IMG/VR virus record: IMGVR_UViG_3300048033_001096
Coordinates: 1 to 64,000 of that record
DNA length: 64,000 bases
From: a virus
Reading direction: 5' to 3' (one strand)
Made by a program: the position numbers and the translations under genes. Shown here piece after piece: positions 18,395-27,623 of this stretch (the first letter of the stretch is position 1; every line of letters starts with the position of its first letter). The notes beneath the pieces are model-generated. The model did no database searches and was not told the origin of the DNA. It saw nothing but the letters and a program-made list of their open reading frames with translations.

Positions 18395-18812
18395 CTACAA
18401 CACCCCAACTAAACATGTTAAATACTCTTTCAACAATATAAAACAATGTCATGTTAGATGCTGCTTGCATTAACGCAAAACTAGTTGCTCCGCTGGTTGT
18501 TGCCTTAAGTACAAAAGTAGCAACGATAAATGCTGCTATCATTGTAAGACTTCTATAGATAACAGTTTTAATTAAGCTACGCCAATGGTTATCTTTACCA
18601 TCTTTAAATCGAAGCCAAGCAGTAAACAGCCAAGCTCTTTCATGAATGTAATAAATTGTTGTTCCGAGAACAATAACTATAGCGCCAACTTGACTTGCTT
18701 CTGCCCAGGTAGCTCCCATAACATAAACTGATATTAACATAATTGCTAATACAGCTAATGCTCTATAAATTACAGCTTTAGCTATTGTTCTTGCGTGTGT
18801 TTCTTTAATCAT
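18378..18812 (-). CDS. Membrane protein with two tandem DUF2061-like repeats
   Basis: R(T/S).(A/I)K.VIYR...(Y/F)YI.ER occurs twice; four hydrophobic segments. Confidence 0.7.
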   Translation of the reverse strand: MIKETHARTIAKAVIYRALAVLAIMLISVYVMGATWAEASQVGAIVIVLGTTIYYIHERAWLFTAWLRFKDGKDNHWRSLIKTVIYRSLTMIAAFIVATFVLKATTSGATSFALMQAASNMTLFYIVERVFNMFSWGVVVEDKQ

Positions 18813-18823
18813 TATTTTTTCTC

Positions 18824-20290
18824 CTAGTAAATATGATGTCTGAAATATTCTCTAATTAATTCGTTATCTATTTTAAATCCATAATAAAAATTTTGCTTTA
18901 CTATCTGCATTGCCGTTTTTACTTTTACTTGTTTAAAGTTAGATTCAACTAAATTAACATAAGTTTCAATTTCTTCTGCTGTTTTACTATCCCAATGTGC
19001 TATGTATAAGCAATGGTTAACACTATCGGCTACTATATGATAGTCTTCATAGGACTTATTTAATTCGTCTATAGTTGACATTTTTATATCTTCGCCATTG
19101 ATACGCAATAAATCAGCTCTACCTTGATGCGCCCAAAATCCATTTTCTATTTTAAATACATCACTCATAGTTTCTTTTCTATTGTACACTGGCAAATCAA
19201 CTATTAGTTTTCCGTCTTCTGCTAATTCCAAGTTATACCAGTCATCAAATATAGTGTATAACCTCGAATCTTTATCCCAGTGTTCTTTATCAAATACATT
19301 TATAAACAACGGCCCTAGTGTTTCATTAGAGCCAAATAAGCTGGTTACATTTTTAATAATGCCATCGCGAGCTGCAAGTTTTATACTTTCTAATGTATAT
19401 GTTAACACTAAGATACGTAACTTTGGCCATGTTAAGTTATTTTCTTTACTAGCTGCTATGAATTTTTCTATTAAGAACGGATATGGAAAAGAAACTGTAG
19501 ATAACTTTTCTCTGTACGGTTCTAATTGCTGTACTAAATCATCCATAGGATAATCTTCGTTAATTGCATAAATTACATGCTCAGTAACATTATCATTTGC
19601 TAGTACAGGAAATAGTGTTACGGCTGCACTAGCACCGTGATTGAGATTTTTAACATGTAGTGCTACATCTTCGAACATCCACATATTACGTTCAGCCACA
19701 CCACGTATAAATTCGTGTGTATGTTCAATAACTTTAGGTTTACTAGTTGTACCGCTGCTAGTTGCTTTAATTAAAATGTCAGTAGGCTTTGGAAATATTC
19801 CTGCTGCTCTATTAAAATCTTCTTTACTTGTAACTGTAAAATCTATATCGTCGTCTGCAAGACTATATGTTCTGTCAGATATATTTTCAAAATATGTATA
19901 CTTTGCAAATGCTTCAGGATCTGTTTCAGCATACTTGCGAGTAAAGTCATGTAAGAAAATATCTATCGGTAATAGTGCTTCTGTTTTTGGATCTTTGTAC
20001 CCTGAGTCTTTAAAATCGTCTGCACGTATATAATCAACTACTGCAATTTTTAACCCAAGTTCTGCCGATGCATATATGCAAGCAAGATAGTCAATATCAA
20101 GAGTGTGACTTCCAATTAAAATTGTTTCTTGAGATTTAGCATTACATTTATAAGTTAGTGCGTATTTCCAAAGATTGATTTTATCAACAAGTTCTGTTTT
20201 ACCGTACTCACTACGAGTAAAATTATATCTTTCTACCAAATTAACCGCACGAAAGTTATCACTTATAAAGTGTCTTGTAATTGTAGTCAC
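18824..20290 (-). CDS. Adenylate-forming (ANL/AMP-binding) enzyme
   Basis: TSSGTTSKPK P-loop, FGSNE, and GRADLLRING hinge; GTG start with AGGAG RBS. Confidence 0.75.
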   Translation of the reverse strand: MTTITRHFISDNFRAVNLVERYNFTRSEYGKTELVDKINLWKYALTYKCNAKSQETILIGSHTLDIDYLACIYASAELGLKIAVVDYIRADDFKDSGYKDPKTEALLPIDIFLHDFTRKYAETDPEAFAKYTYFENISDRTYSLADDDIDFTVTSKEDFNRAAGIFPKPTDILIKATSSGTTSKPKVIEHTHEFIRGVAERNMWMFEDVALHVKNLNHGASAAVTLFPVLANDNVTEHVIYAINEDYPMDDLVQQLEPYREKLSTVSFPYPFLIEKFIAASKENNLTWPKLRILVLTYTLESIKLAARDGIIKNVTSLFGSNETLGPLFINVFDKEHWDKDSRLYTIFDDWYNLELAEDGKLIVDLPVYNRKETMSDVFKIENGFWAHQGRADLLRINGEDIKMSTIDELNKSYEDYHIVADSVNHCLYIAHWDSKTAEEIETYVNLVESNFKQVKVKTAMQIVKQNFYYGFKIDNELIREYFRHHIY

Positions 20291-20315
20291 AGGAATCTCC
20301 TATACTTCATATTTC

Positions 20316-20323
20316 TATTTATA
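20316..20323 (-). promoter_or_regulatory. T4-type late promoter TATAAATA
   Basis: Exact motif on the - strand, about 26 nt upstream of 20290. Confidence 0.6.
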
Positions 20324-20330
20324 TGCGCAG

Positions 20331-20903
20331 TTAATGATCTGTCGGTATCTTGAATGCTTCATTTTTTACTTTTACAAAGTAATTATAGCGATCTTCGTAT
20401 GTACTGTTAAATCCTCCATGATAAGATTGAGGATCAAAAATAATTGGAGTATCTTTTTCGTTAACATACAACTTATCGTTAACTACAGAATGTCCTTTTC
20501 CATTCAGCGGAACTAATATGTTATAATGAGGCGGATCGCCTATGTCGTCTGCATTTGTCCAATTATCGTAATGCAATGGAAGTAAGCAGCCTGGCTCTAA
20601 AATATTAATTGCTATGCGTTCTAAGCCTATCATAGTCTTTGCATAATTAATCATATCTTGAGCTGCTTCGTGTAACTCAGGGTATAATACATAATGGGTG
20701 TCTTCATACTCAAACGGTAATACTATAACAGAGTACCATCCTTTTAATAAAGGTTCATCATTAGCTTTACCTACATCAACACCAAATGGCTTTACATCAA
20801 TTTTTTCTATTAGTTCATGTATTAACTCTGTTAACCTATCCATTTTATGTAAGTCAAGATAACATTCATTTGGTAATACATCGGGACGTCTTAGTGTGCT
20901 CAT
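20331..20903 (-). CDS. Asp/Asn beta-hydroxylase-like dioxygenase
   Basis: ILEPGCLLPLHYD and FDPQSYHGGFN..EDR. Confidence 0.75.
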   Translation of the reverse strand: MSTLRRPDVLPNECYLDLHKMDRLTELIHELIEKIDVKPFGVDVGKANDEPLLKGWYSVIVLPFEYEDTHYVLYPELHEAAQDMINYAKTMIGLERIAINILEPGCLLPLHYDNWTNADDIGDPPHYNILVPLNGKGHSVVNDKLYVNEKDTPIIFDPQSYHGGFNSTYEDRYNYFVKVKNEAFKIPTDH

Positions 20904-20945
20904 ATTATTACTTATCTAAGTGGTTATTCTATAAGTAATAATATG
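20901..20945. repeat. Perfect 15-bp inverted repeat covering both divergent start codons
   Basis: CATATTATTACTTAT (20901-20915) and ATAAGTAATAATATG (20931-20945). Confidence 0.85.
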
Positions 20946-21605
20946 AATGATTACGAAATTGCAGATTGGTTGTTAAATAAATCAGACTTTGGATGGCTTG
21001 AATTAGACATCGAGTTTGACATTGAAGCATGGAAGCGTGAAACTAGTGCTGCACAATTTGTAGATCATAGAGGCGCAGACCATCCTGGGTGGAACAGTTG
21101 TGCTATACACGGCATTGATGTTGACAAGACTGGTGCTTGGACAAACTATGGTGACTGGAAGGACGAAAGAGAAGTTCCTTACAAATGGACAAGTATAAGC
21201 GAGTATACACCTAGTATTAAGAATTTTTGGGAAATGTTCCCTTACGAGCGTTATAGAAGAATTCGTTTTATGCAATTAGAACCAGGTGGTAAAATTAATC
21301 CACATAGCGATGCACCCGGGCAACTTCCAGGGGAAGATAATTTAGATATGCTAGAGTTTGGGGTTCCTATAAATGTAGCAATCATACATCCAGACGATTG
21401 TCATATGACTCTTGAAGGTCACGGAACTGTTCCCTTCCAAGAAGGGAAAGCATTTATTATTAATATACGCAACGTACATAGTTTTGTCAATAATTCAAAC
21501 ACCCCTAGAATACACCTAATTGCACACGGTATTCCAGGTAAGCGTAAAGACGAATTTGTAGAATTAATTGCAAGAAGTTACAGGAAACAAAATGAATCAC
21601 ATTAA
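20943..21605 (+). CDS. Asp/Asn beta-hydroxylase-like dioxygenase
   Basis: RIRFMQLEPGGKINPHSD and VHSFVNNSNTPRIHLI. Confidence 0.8.
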   Translation: MNDYEIADWLLNKSDFGWLELDIEFDIEAWKRETSAAQFVDHRGADHPGWNSCAIHGIDVDKTGAWTNYGDWKDEREVPYKWTSISEYTPSIKNFWEMFPYERYRRIRFMQLEPGGKINPHSDAPGQLPGEDNLDMLEFGVPINVAIIHPDDCHMTLEGHGTVPFQEGKAFIINIRNVHSFVNNSNTPRIHLIAHGIPGKRKDEFVELIARSYRKQNESH

Positions 21606-22557
21606 AATACTAGATGTGTTTTATGGAAACAAATGTAATCTTGCGTGTTCGAATTGTGATACACGTAGCGATACATTAAGAGGCTACGATCCAGAATTAG
21701 ACACAATTAAAGAAAGCATTCGTTTAGCAAATGAAAAGTTTGATGTTGAAAACTGGAGTGTGCTAGGCGGAGAGCCGTTGCTTTACAAAGACAAAGTATT
21801 AGAAATTATCAAATACATTAGAAGCATAGAGCCAAATAAAACTATCTTTATGTCTACTAATGGCATGCTACTAAACAAAAACATAGACTGGATTGCAAAT
21901 TTAATCAAAGAATACCGTGTTTGGGTACAAGTATGCAATCATACTGCAAAGTTTGGTAGTAAGGATAAAATTGTTTCTAGTGTTGCAGACGTAGCAGCAC
22001 AATTAAACATTAGTAAAACAGAGCCAGGGTATCTGTGGTGGTATAACATTATGAAATACGATACTGGCACAGACAACTGGAAAGAGTATGTTAACCGCAA
22101 AGGATGGGATATTACACAAAGAGATCCTAACGAAGTAACGTACATGGAAAACAATTATGGTATACATTATATGGAGTCTGACTGGTTTCATTCTATATAT
22201 CAAACTGTTAATGGTGTGCCTAAGCCATTTAACTCAGACGATCCGCAAGCATCTTATAATAATAGTTGCCCAAGTCAATTTTGTGCGTTCTTATATGAAA
22301 ACAAAATTTATAAGTGTGCTGCACTAGGAACCTTACGAAACTTTTTAGACAAACACAATCTATTAGAAGACAACGACTGGCAAGAATATTTAATGTATAA
22401 ACCGGTTGACTTAGACACTTGCACCGATGTAGAAGTTAAATATTTTTCAGATACACACTACTGTGGTGTAAGTGCATGTAGTATGTGTCCTAAAACTAAA
22501 CAGGAAATAGTAAAAGACGAATTACAAGTCTTGCCTTTATATAAACATGAAAGATAA
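21592..22557 (+). CDS. Radical SAM enzyme with C-terminal Cys cluster
   Basis: CNLACSNC, GGEPLL, STNG; C-terminal C..C..YKC...CSMC. Confidence 0.9.
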   Translation: MNHIKILDVFYGNKCNLACSNCDTRSDTLRGYDPELDTIKESIRLANEKFDVENWSVLGGEPLLYKDKVLEIIKYIRSIEPNKTIFMSTNGMLLNKNIDWIANLIKEYRVWVQVCNHTAKFGSKDKIVSSVADVAAQLNISKTEPGYLWWYNIMKYDTGTDNWKEYVNRKGWDITQRDPNEVTYMENNYGIHYMESDWFHSIYQTVNGVPKPFNSDDPQASYNNSCPSQFCAFLYENKIYKCAALGTLRNFLDKHNLLEDNDWQEYLMYKPVDLDTCTDVEVKYFSDTHYCGVSACSMCPKTKQEIVKDELQVLPLYKHER

Positions 22558-23635
22558 AATAACATTTTGTATTGTAGACGATATAGACACTTATGCTAAT
22601 AGTGAAATACAAACTACTATTAGAAACATCAGTGACTTTACAATATCAAACATACATACTAAGGGCTATAAAGTTATTAAAGGAAAAGATGTAGATAAAC
22701 TTCTACGTAATGTTGATACAGATTATGCTGTTGTAATGAGCCCAGGAACAGAGTATATTAACGGATATGAATTTTTTAACGCACTAGAACACCTTGTACA
22801 AAAAGATTTTTTTATAGCAGGTCACATACTAGACAGGACTATGTATGATGCGTACTACGAAGTACATCATCAATGTTATGTACTTAATATGGTGCATTTT
22901 AAGCGTTTACAAAGCCCTACAGTAGGTGTTAAGGAATTACACGTATCACACACCCAAATAGAACCTGCACGTAGTTTAGATAATATACACGACAATTATA
23001 CACCTACGTTTGTAATGCCCGGAACTCGCAAAGTAAGATATGCAAACCGCTGCAATGGATGGAACTTGCTACGACTAGCATTTGAAAACAAACTGCCTGT
23101 GATAGTATTTGACGACAATATTAGAAATAACAAAAAACACTACTATCCAGAAAGCGAACATGACTTTTATAAAAATGTAGAATATATTAAACATAAATTT
23201 GACTACTGCAAGGAAGAATTTGTACACACTGACAATACAGAATGGACTACCGGGATTAATGAAACATATCAGCAACTAGTGTTGCCAGCAAGCGGAACGC
23301 TGTACTTAGATTTAATTAACAAAGGTCGTGTAATATTTTACGACTACAATCAACGTGCTTTAGATTACTGGCAAGAAAACTGTCCTCGCAAAGACGGTGT
23401 TGAATATATATTTGTACACACAAACTTACTTGACGAGTTATCTATTGTATACCATTTAGATCCTACTTTAAAGACACTTGTTAACCTATCAAATATTTTT
23501 TGCTACGAAGGTACTGCTTCAATGTATTCTTTAAAACACCGCATGCTTGCAGAAGAAAATTTAGTAAATGTATTGCGAAGAGAATTAAAAAGTGTTAAAA
23601 TTAATTTTACACTTAAGGCAAATGCTGGACACTAA
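22547..23635 (+). CDS. Hypothetical protein (possible transferase fold)
   Basis: 362-aa ORF; weak Rossmann-like C-terminus (LVLPASG, IFYDYN, NLSNIF). Confidence 0.7.
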   Translation: MKDKITFCIVDDIDTYANSEIQTTIRNISDFTISNIHTKGYKVIKGKDVDKLLRNVDTDYAVVMSPGTEYINGYEFFNALEHLVQKDFFIAGHILDRTMYDAYYEVHHQCYVLNMVHFKRLQSPTVGVKELHVSHTQIEPARSLDNIHDNYTPTFVMPGTRKVRYANRCNGWNLLRLAFENKLPVIVFDDNIRNNKKHYYPESEHDFYKNVEYIKHKFDYCKEEFVHTDNTEWTTGINETYQQLVLPASGTLYLDLINKGRVIFYDYNQRALDYWQENCPRKDGVEYIFVHTNLLDELSIVYHLDPTLKTLVNLSNIFCYEGTASMYSLKHRMLAEENLVNVLRRELKSVKINFTLKANAGH

Positions 23636-24162
23636 AACCTATATTGCAACAATAACCGCCAAGCATCAAAATCTAAATCTCCACGCATCCAATCACGTCT
23701 AACGCCAATAGATGTAGCTGATGTAAGATCATAAGATATCCAAGCCCTACTAAATCCTAAATCCATATTATTTGTATTTAAACCCGTAATTATTGCATGG
23801 TCAATTCTAAAACCTACCCTGTCTATTGGTTTAACCATTAAACCAATTTCGGCACCTATATAATCTTTAGAAGAATTAAGTGACCCAAGCAATGCTCTTG
23901 TATATAATCTGTTACTAAATTTATATCTTGCGCCTAATTCATATTGGTCCACAGTTTTTGAATCTTGGAAAAGAATATCAATATCTACATTTTTATTAAC
24001 ATCATGTATATACTTAAAAGTGCTAGGACGACTAGTATTACCATTGCCGTTTTCTTGATATCCTGTTGCAACATTCAAACTGTCTGCAAATGCAAAACTT
24101 GTTAAAAAACTTCCACAAAAAGCAATTACTGCTATGTGAAAATACCATTCTTTAAATTTCAT
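23632..24162 (-). CDS. Outer-membrane beta-barrel protein with signal peptide
   Basis: Signal peptide ending AFA, amphipathic strands, terminal LLQYRF Bam signal; AGGAG RBS before ATG 24162. Confidence 0.7.
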   Translation of the reverse strand: MKFKEWYFHIAVIAFCGSFLTSFAFADSLNVATGYQENGNGNTSRPSTFKYIHDVNKNVDIDILFQDSKTVDQYELGARYKFSNRLYTRALLGSLNSSKDYIGAEIGLMVKPIDRVGFRIDHAIITGLNTNNMDLGFSRAWISYDLTSATSIGVRRDWMRGDLDFDAWRLLLQYRF

Positions 24163-25294
24163 TATCATCTCCTGTTAAAAATTTAATTTGTTCTATAAAA
24201 AAATTACTGCTATCTGTTGTTGTCTTATGTTTGTTAATATAGTCCTCCAACAACGGGTTATAACTAAAAGTTTCCTTTCTAATAGTGTTTAAATTATTAT
24301 GAAAATTTACAAAGTGGGGGAAATAATTATTTAAAATATTTCCATACATAAATTTTTTAGTTTCTTCGTTAACATACGGTTCAATTAATTCTTTATAATC
24401 TTGAGGCATGTTTTGTAAATTAAGATAAACTGGATATTGGATCATTTGTTGTGTTTTATTAAATCTAGGATAGTTTTCTTTTACAAATGATTCTAGATCG
24501 TTTATCATATTAGCATTATAAACTCCTACTGCGCTATGTACTTGTATTATAGTATTGTTATCTCTTTCATTGTATAGTTTGTGAAAGAAATCCATAACTG
24601 TTATTATTTCGTTCCAATCGCAACCTTTGCGAATAAATTCATTAAGTTTACCGTATGCGTCTATGCTTAAATTTATTTTTAAATTTTTACATCGCTTAAA
24701 TACTTCTAAAGTATAAGGCATAGGGATTCTAGTAGCATTAGTACTCATTTCAATTGTTAGATTTTCAACTAATGCTTCATCTAATAATCTTTTAAAAAAT
24801 GCTTCTGCTTCTAAAGATTGTAATGGTTCTCCGCCATACACTTTAATTTCTTCTAACTGTGCTACATTTATTTCATTAGGCAACGAACTTTTAGTGTATT
24901 TTGTAATATTATACGTTGTACCGTATAATTCCTTTTCTTCTTCAAACCACAAATGGCTATGTGTACTAGAACACATTCTGCATTTTAGATTACAAACATT
25001 ATCAAAAAATATTTCTACAGTTTTTAAAGGACCAAAAGGATGTACACCAAACTGTTGTAAAGCACCTTGACGCATACTAGATAACCCAGCTGCTTCTTCT
25101 GCAGGACACTGGCATCCTGCATCATGCTCACCATTAAGCATCTTTGTTCTTATACATTGCATCTGTTTACGTGCTTCAATGATAGACTTATCTTTAAACT
25201 GTGCAACATCCATATATTGTCCACAAGGCAATACTAGGTTGTCACTTTGCAAACTTGCACCTATAAATGGATAAGGACAATATGTTTTAGACAT
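24152..25294 (-). CDS. Radical SAM enzyme with N-terminal Cys module
   Basis: YCPYPF...CG...CQC; CNLKCRMC; GGEP; SIDA. Confidence 0.9.
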   Translation of the reverse strand: MSKTYCPYPFIGASLQSDNLVLPCGQYMDVAQFKDKSIIEARKQMQCIRTKMLNGEHDAGCQCPAEEAAGLSSMRQGALQQFGVHPFGPLKTVEIFFDNVCNLKCRMCSSTHSHLWFEEEKELYGTTYNITKYTKSSLPNEINVAQLEEIKVYGGEPLQSLEAEAFFKRLLDEALVENLTIEMSTNATRIPMPYTLEVFKRCKNLKINLSIDAYGKLNEFIRKGCDWNEIITVMDFFHKLYNERDNNTIIQVHSAVGVYNANMINDLESFVKENYPRFNKTQQMIQYPVYLNLQNMPQDYKELIEPYVNEETKKFMYGNILNNYFPHFVNFHNNLNTIRKETFSYNPLLEDYINKHKTTTDSSNFFIEQIKFLTGDDNEI

Positions 25295-25775
25295 ATTCTG
25301 TTACCTGTAAAACAACTCTTGGAGTATGTCCTATATTTGCTGCGCCGTGCATGTCGTTTTCGTGATCATATTTAAAAACATCGTATGCATTGTATTGTGT
25401 CATTAAGTTGTCTTTATATATAAAAATATGTCCTGATTCGTAATCTTGCAAAGGTATCCAATATCGATTACATTTCTGTTCGTGCGTATGGGGATCACTA
25501 TGCATAGGCATAAACTGACCTGGATACAATTTAGTAATCCACCAATGGTAATTATTTGACAACGGAATACTTAACGGCTGTAAATCTTTTTCTTCATATA
25601 CCCACCAATGTACTGCCGATAAATCATAGCCAGCTTCTTCGGCACGTTTGTACTCATCACTTTCAACTGCAAACGCAGGTGGCCAGTCTCTTGGTCTTGC
25701 TTGACCTGTAGTTTCGATTACTTGTTGTCTTAATTTATTATCAATTTGAGATTTCCAGTTATCTATGCAAATCAT
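25287..25775 (-). CDS. Non-heme iron hydroxylase-like protein
   Basis: PGQFMPMHSD and HGAANIGHTPRVVLQV. Confidence 0.7.
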   Translation of the reverse strand: MICIDNWKSQIDNKLRQQVIETTGQARPRDWPPAFAVESDEYKRAEEAGYDLSAVHWWVYEEKDLQPLSIPLSNNYHWWITKLYPGQFMPMHSDPHTHEQKCNRYWIPLQDYESGHIFIYKDNLMTQYNAYDVFKYDHENDMHGAANIGHTPRVVLQVTEYV

Positions 25776-26808
25776 TTATATACTCCGATAATATACTATT
25801 AGGCAATGTTTCGTTTCTAATAGAGTCTAACTTATTATGGTATTCAATAAACTCATTAAAAGGAATAGTTTGTTCTTCATTTAAAAACGCTTTTATATGA
25901 GGTATATCTACATCTACCTTTTCTTTGTATTCGTTGGGTAAATTTTTTATGCTTAACTTTTCAGGCCATTCTAACGGCTTACATGTCCATGTTATATTGG
26001 GATAATTGCTAAATTGTTTTTTTATTTCATTTAATTCATGTAAGTTATAAATGTTAACTGTAGTAATAATTTCAAGTTTTACATTTTTACACTGACTAAA
26101 TTCTTTATAATAAATGTTTAAATTTTTTATTATAGTATCATATACATTGCCTGATCTAAAATAATTGTGTGTATCTTTAAGCCCGTCAATACTAATAGAC
26201 AATCCAAAAAATTTACATTTTTTTAAATCTTGTATAATATTATCTTCAAGCATTATTGTTCCGTTTGTAACAATAGATAAATTTTTAGTTTCGAGAGAAT
26301 CTTTTATTTTATTAAGGAACGGATAAAATCTTGGACTTAATAAAGGTTCGCCGCCAGTAATTTCTATATTTTCAATATCTGTAACATCAATAGTTAAATT
26401 ATTCTCAATATATTTTGTTTTTGCAATAGACTTACCATATATTAGTTCTTCATCCTTTTTCCAAAGATGACTATTACCGCTAGTACAACCTCTACACTTT
26501 AAATTACATATATTATCAAATGCTATATCTAATTCCTTTAACTTAATTTCAGGTACGTTATTTCCAAATTTCTTTATTGCTTCTTGACGTTTAGATGAAA
26601 TGCCTAGTTCTTCATTTTTATCACACTGTCTACACTGCGGAATTTTTTCTCCTGCAAGCATCTTTTTTCGAAGTTCGATAAAGTGAGACGAATTTAATAA
26701 ATCTGTTTTAGAATCGGGAATATCCCAATGAAACATAAACCAACAACACGGAGCAAACTGTCCAGGAATAACACTAAGGGAATTCCATGCATGCGGACAA
26801 AAAGACAT
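25759..26808 (-). CDS. Radical SAM enzyme with N-terminal Cys module
   Basis: FCPHAW...PCC...CRQC; CNLKCRGC; TGGEP; SIDG. Confidence 0.9.
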   Translation of the reverse strand: MSFCPHAWNSLSVIPGQFAPCCWFMFHWDIPDSKTDLLNSSHFIELRKKMLAGEKIPQCRQCDKNEELGISSKRQEAIKKFGNNVPEIKLKELDIAFDNICNLKCRGCTSGNSHLWKKDEELIYGKSIAKTKYIENNLTIDVTDIENIEITGGEPLLSPRFYPFLNKIKDSLETKNLSIVTNGTIMLEDNIIQDLKKCKFFGLSISIDGLKDTHNYFRSGNVYDTIIKNLNIYYKEFSQCKNVKLEIITTVNIYNLHELNEIKKQFSNYPNITWTCKPLEWPEKLSIKNLPNEYKEKVDVDIPHIKAFLNEEQTIPFNEFIEYHNKLDSIRNETLPNSILSEYINDLHR

Positions 26809-27623
26809 TAGTAATTCTCCAAGTGACTTATACCGAGAACTTTTCTAAACTCTGATGTAAATTTGCAGTCAATGCGTAACCCGTATTCTACCTCTTTACT
26901 AGATTCGCCTCCATGCCAGTCTTGATCATTCCAAAATGCTGCATTGCAGTTTAAGTAATGTTTATTCTCGCTCTCGGGATCCCAAATATAAAATCCTCTC
27001 TTTGTACGATAGCGTATATGTATAAATTCATCATTGTGTAGACTATATTGTTTATCATCGTGTACTCCATTGTTGGCATCTAAATCTCTGTGTTCGAATG
27101 CTTTTCCGTTATGGTCGCAATGGAAGAATATTACTCTTCCGATTTGATCGATGATTCCGGTATCTTGCAGATTTTCAACCCACTTAACGACACTTGGAAA
27201 GTAAATCGCTTCTTCAGTCTTTTGACGTTTAGCATTCCTTTCATTCCAATTCCCTTCGTTCCATAAAAAATAATATATATACGGGTCATTAGCACCCATA
27301 GTTGTTTTTAAATATCTTGTAAAAATGTTTCGTTGCCTGTAGTCGCCAAAGTCTGTGGGTAAAATTTTATTGCCTTCTATTTTAATAGGATGGTCGTCTG
27401 GTAATAACTGATACTCGTCCCATGCTTTATATATTGGCTTCCAATTTAGTATATAACTAGCATCTTTCCAATCAAAGCCGGGTGACATCCAAGTTCCTTC
27501 TTTTGCAAAATCACGTGCAAGTGCAAATCCTTTACAAATTTCAGGGTGTAGTTTTTTAAATCCTTCTATATCTAAATACGGATCTAAGTTAATATACGGT
27601 TTTCCGCCAATACCTCTAATCAT
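26808..27623 (-). CDS. Putative non-heme iron hydroxylase
   Basis: GRVIFF, EHRD (HxD), WHGG, LRID. Confidence 0.55.
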   Translation of the reverse strand: MIRGIGGKPYINLDPYLDIEGFKKLHPEICKGFALARDFAKEGTWMSPGFDWKDASYILNWKPIYKAWDEYQLLPDDHPIKIEGNKILPTDFGDYRQRNIFTRYLKTTMGANDPYIYYFLWNEGNWNERNAKRQKTEEAIYFPSVVKWVENLQDTGIIDQIGRVIFFHCDHNGKAFEHRDLDANNGVHDDKQYSLHNDEFIHIRYRTKRGFYIWDPESENKHYLNCNAAFWNDQDWHGGESSKEVEYGLRIDCKFTSEFRKVLGISHLENY

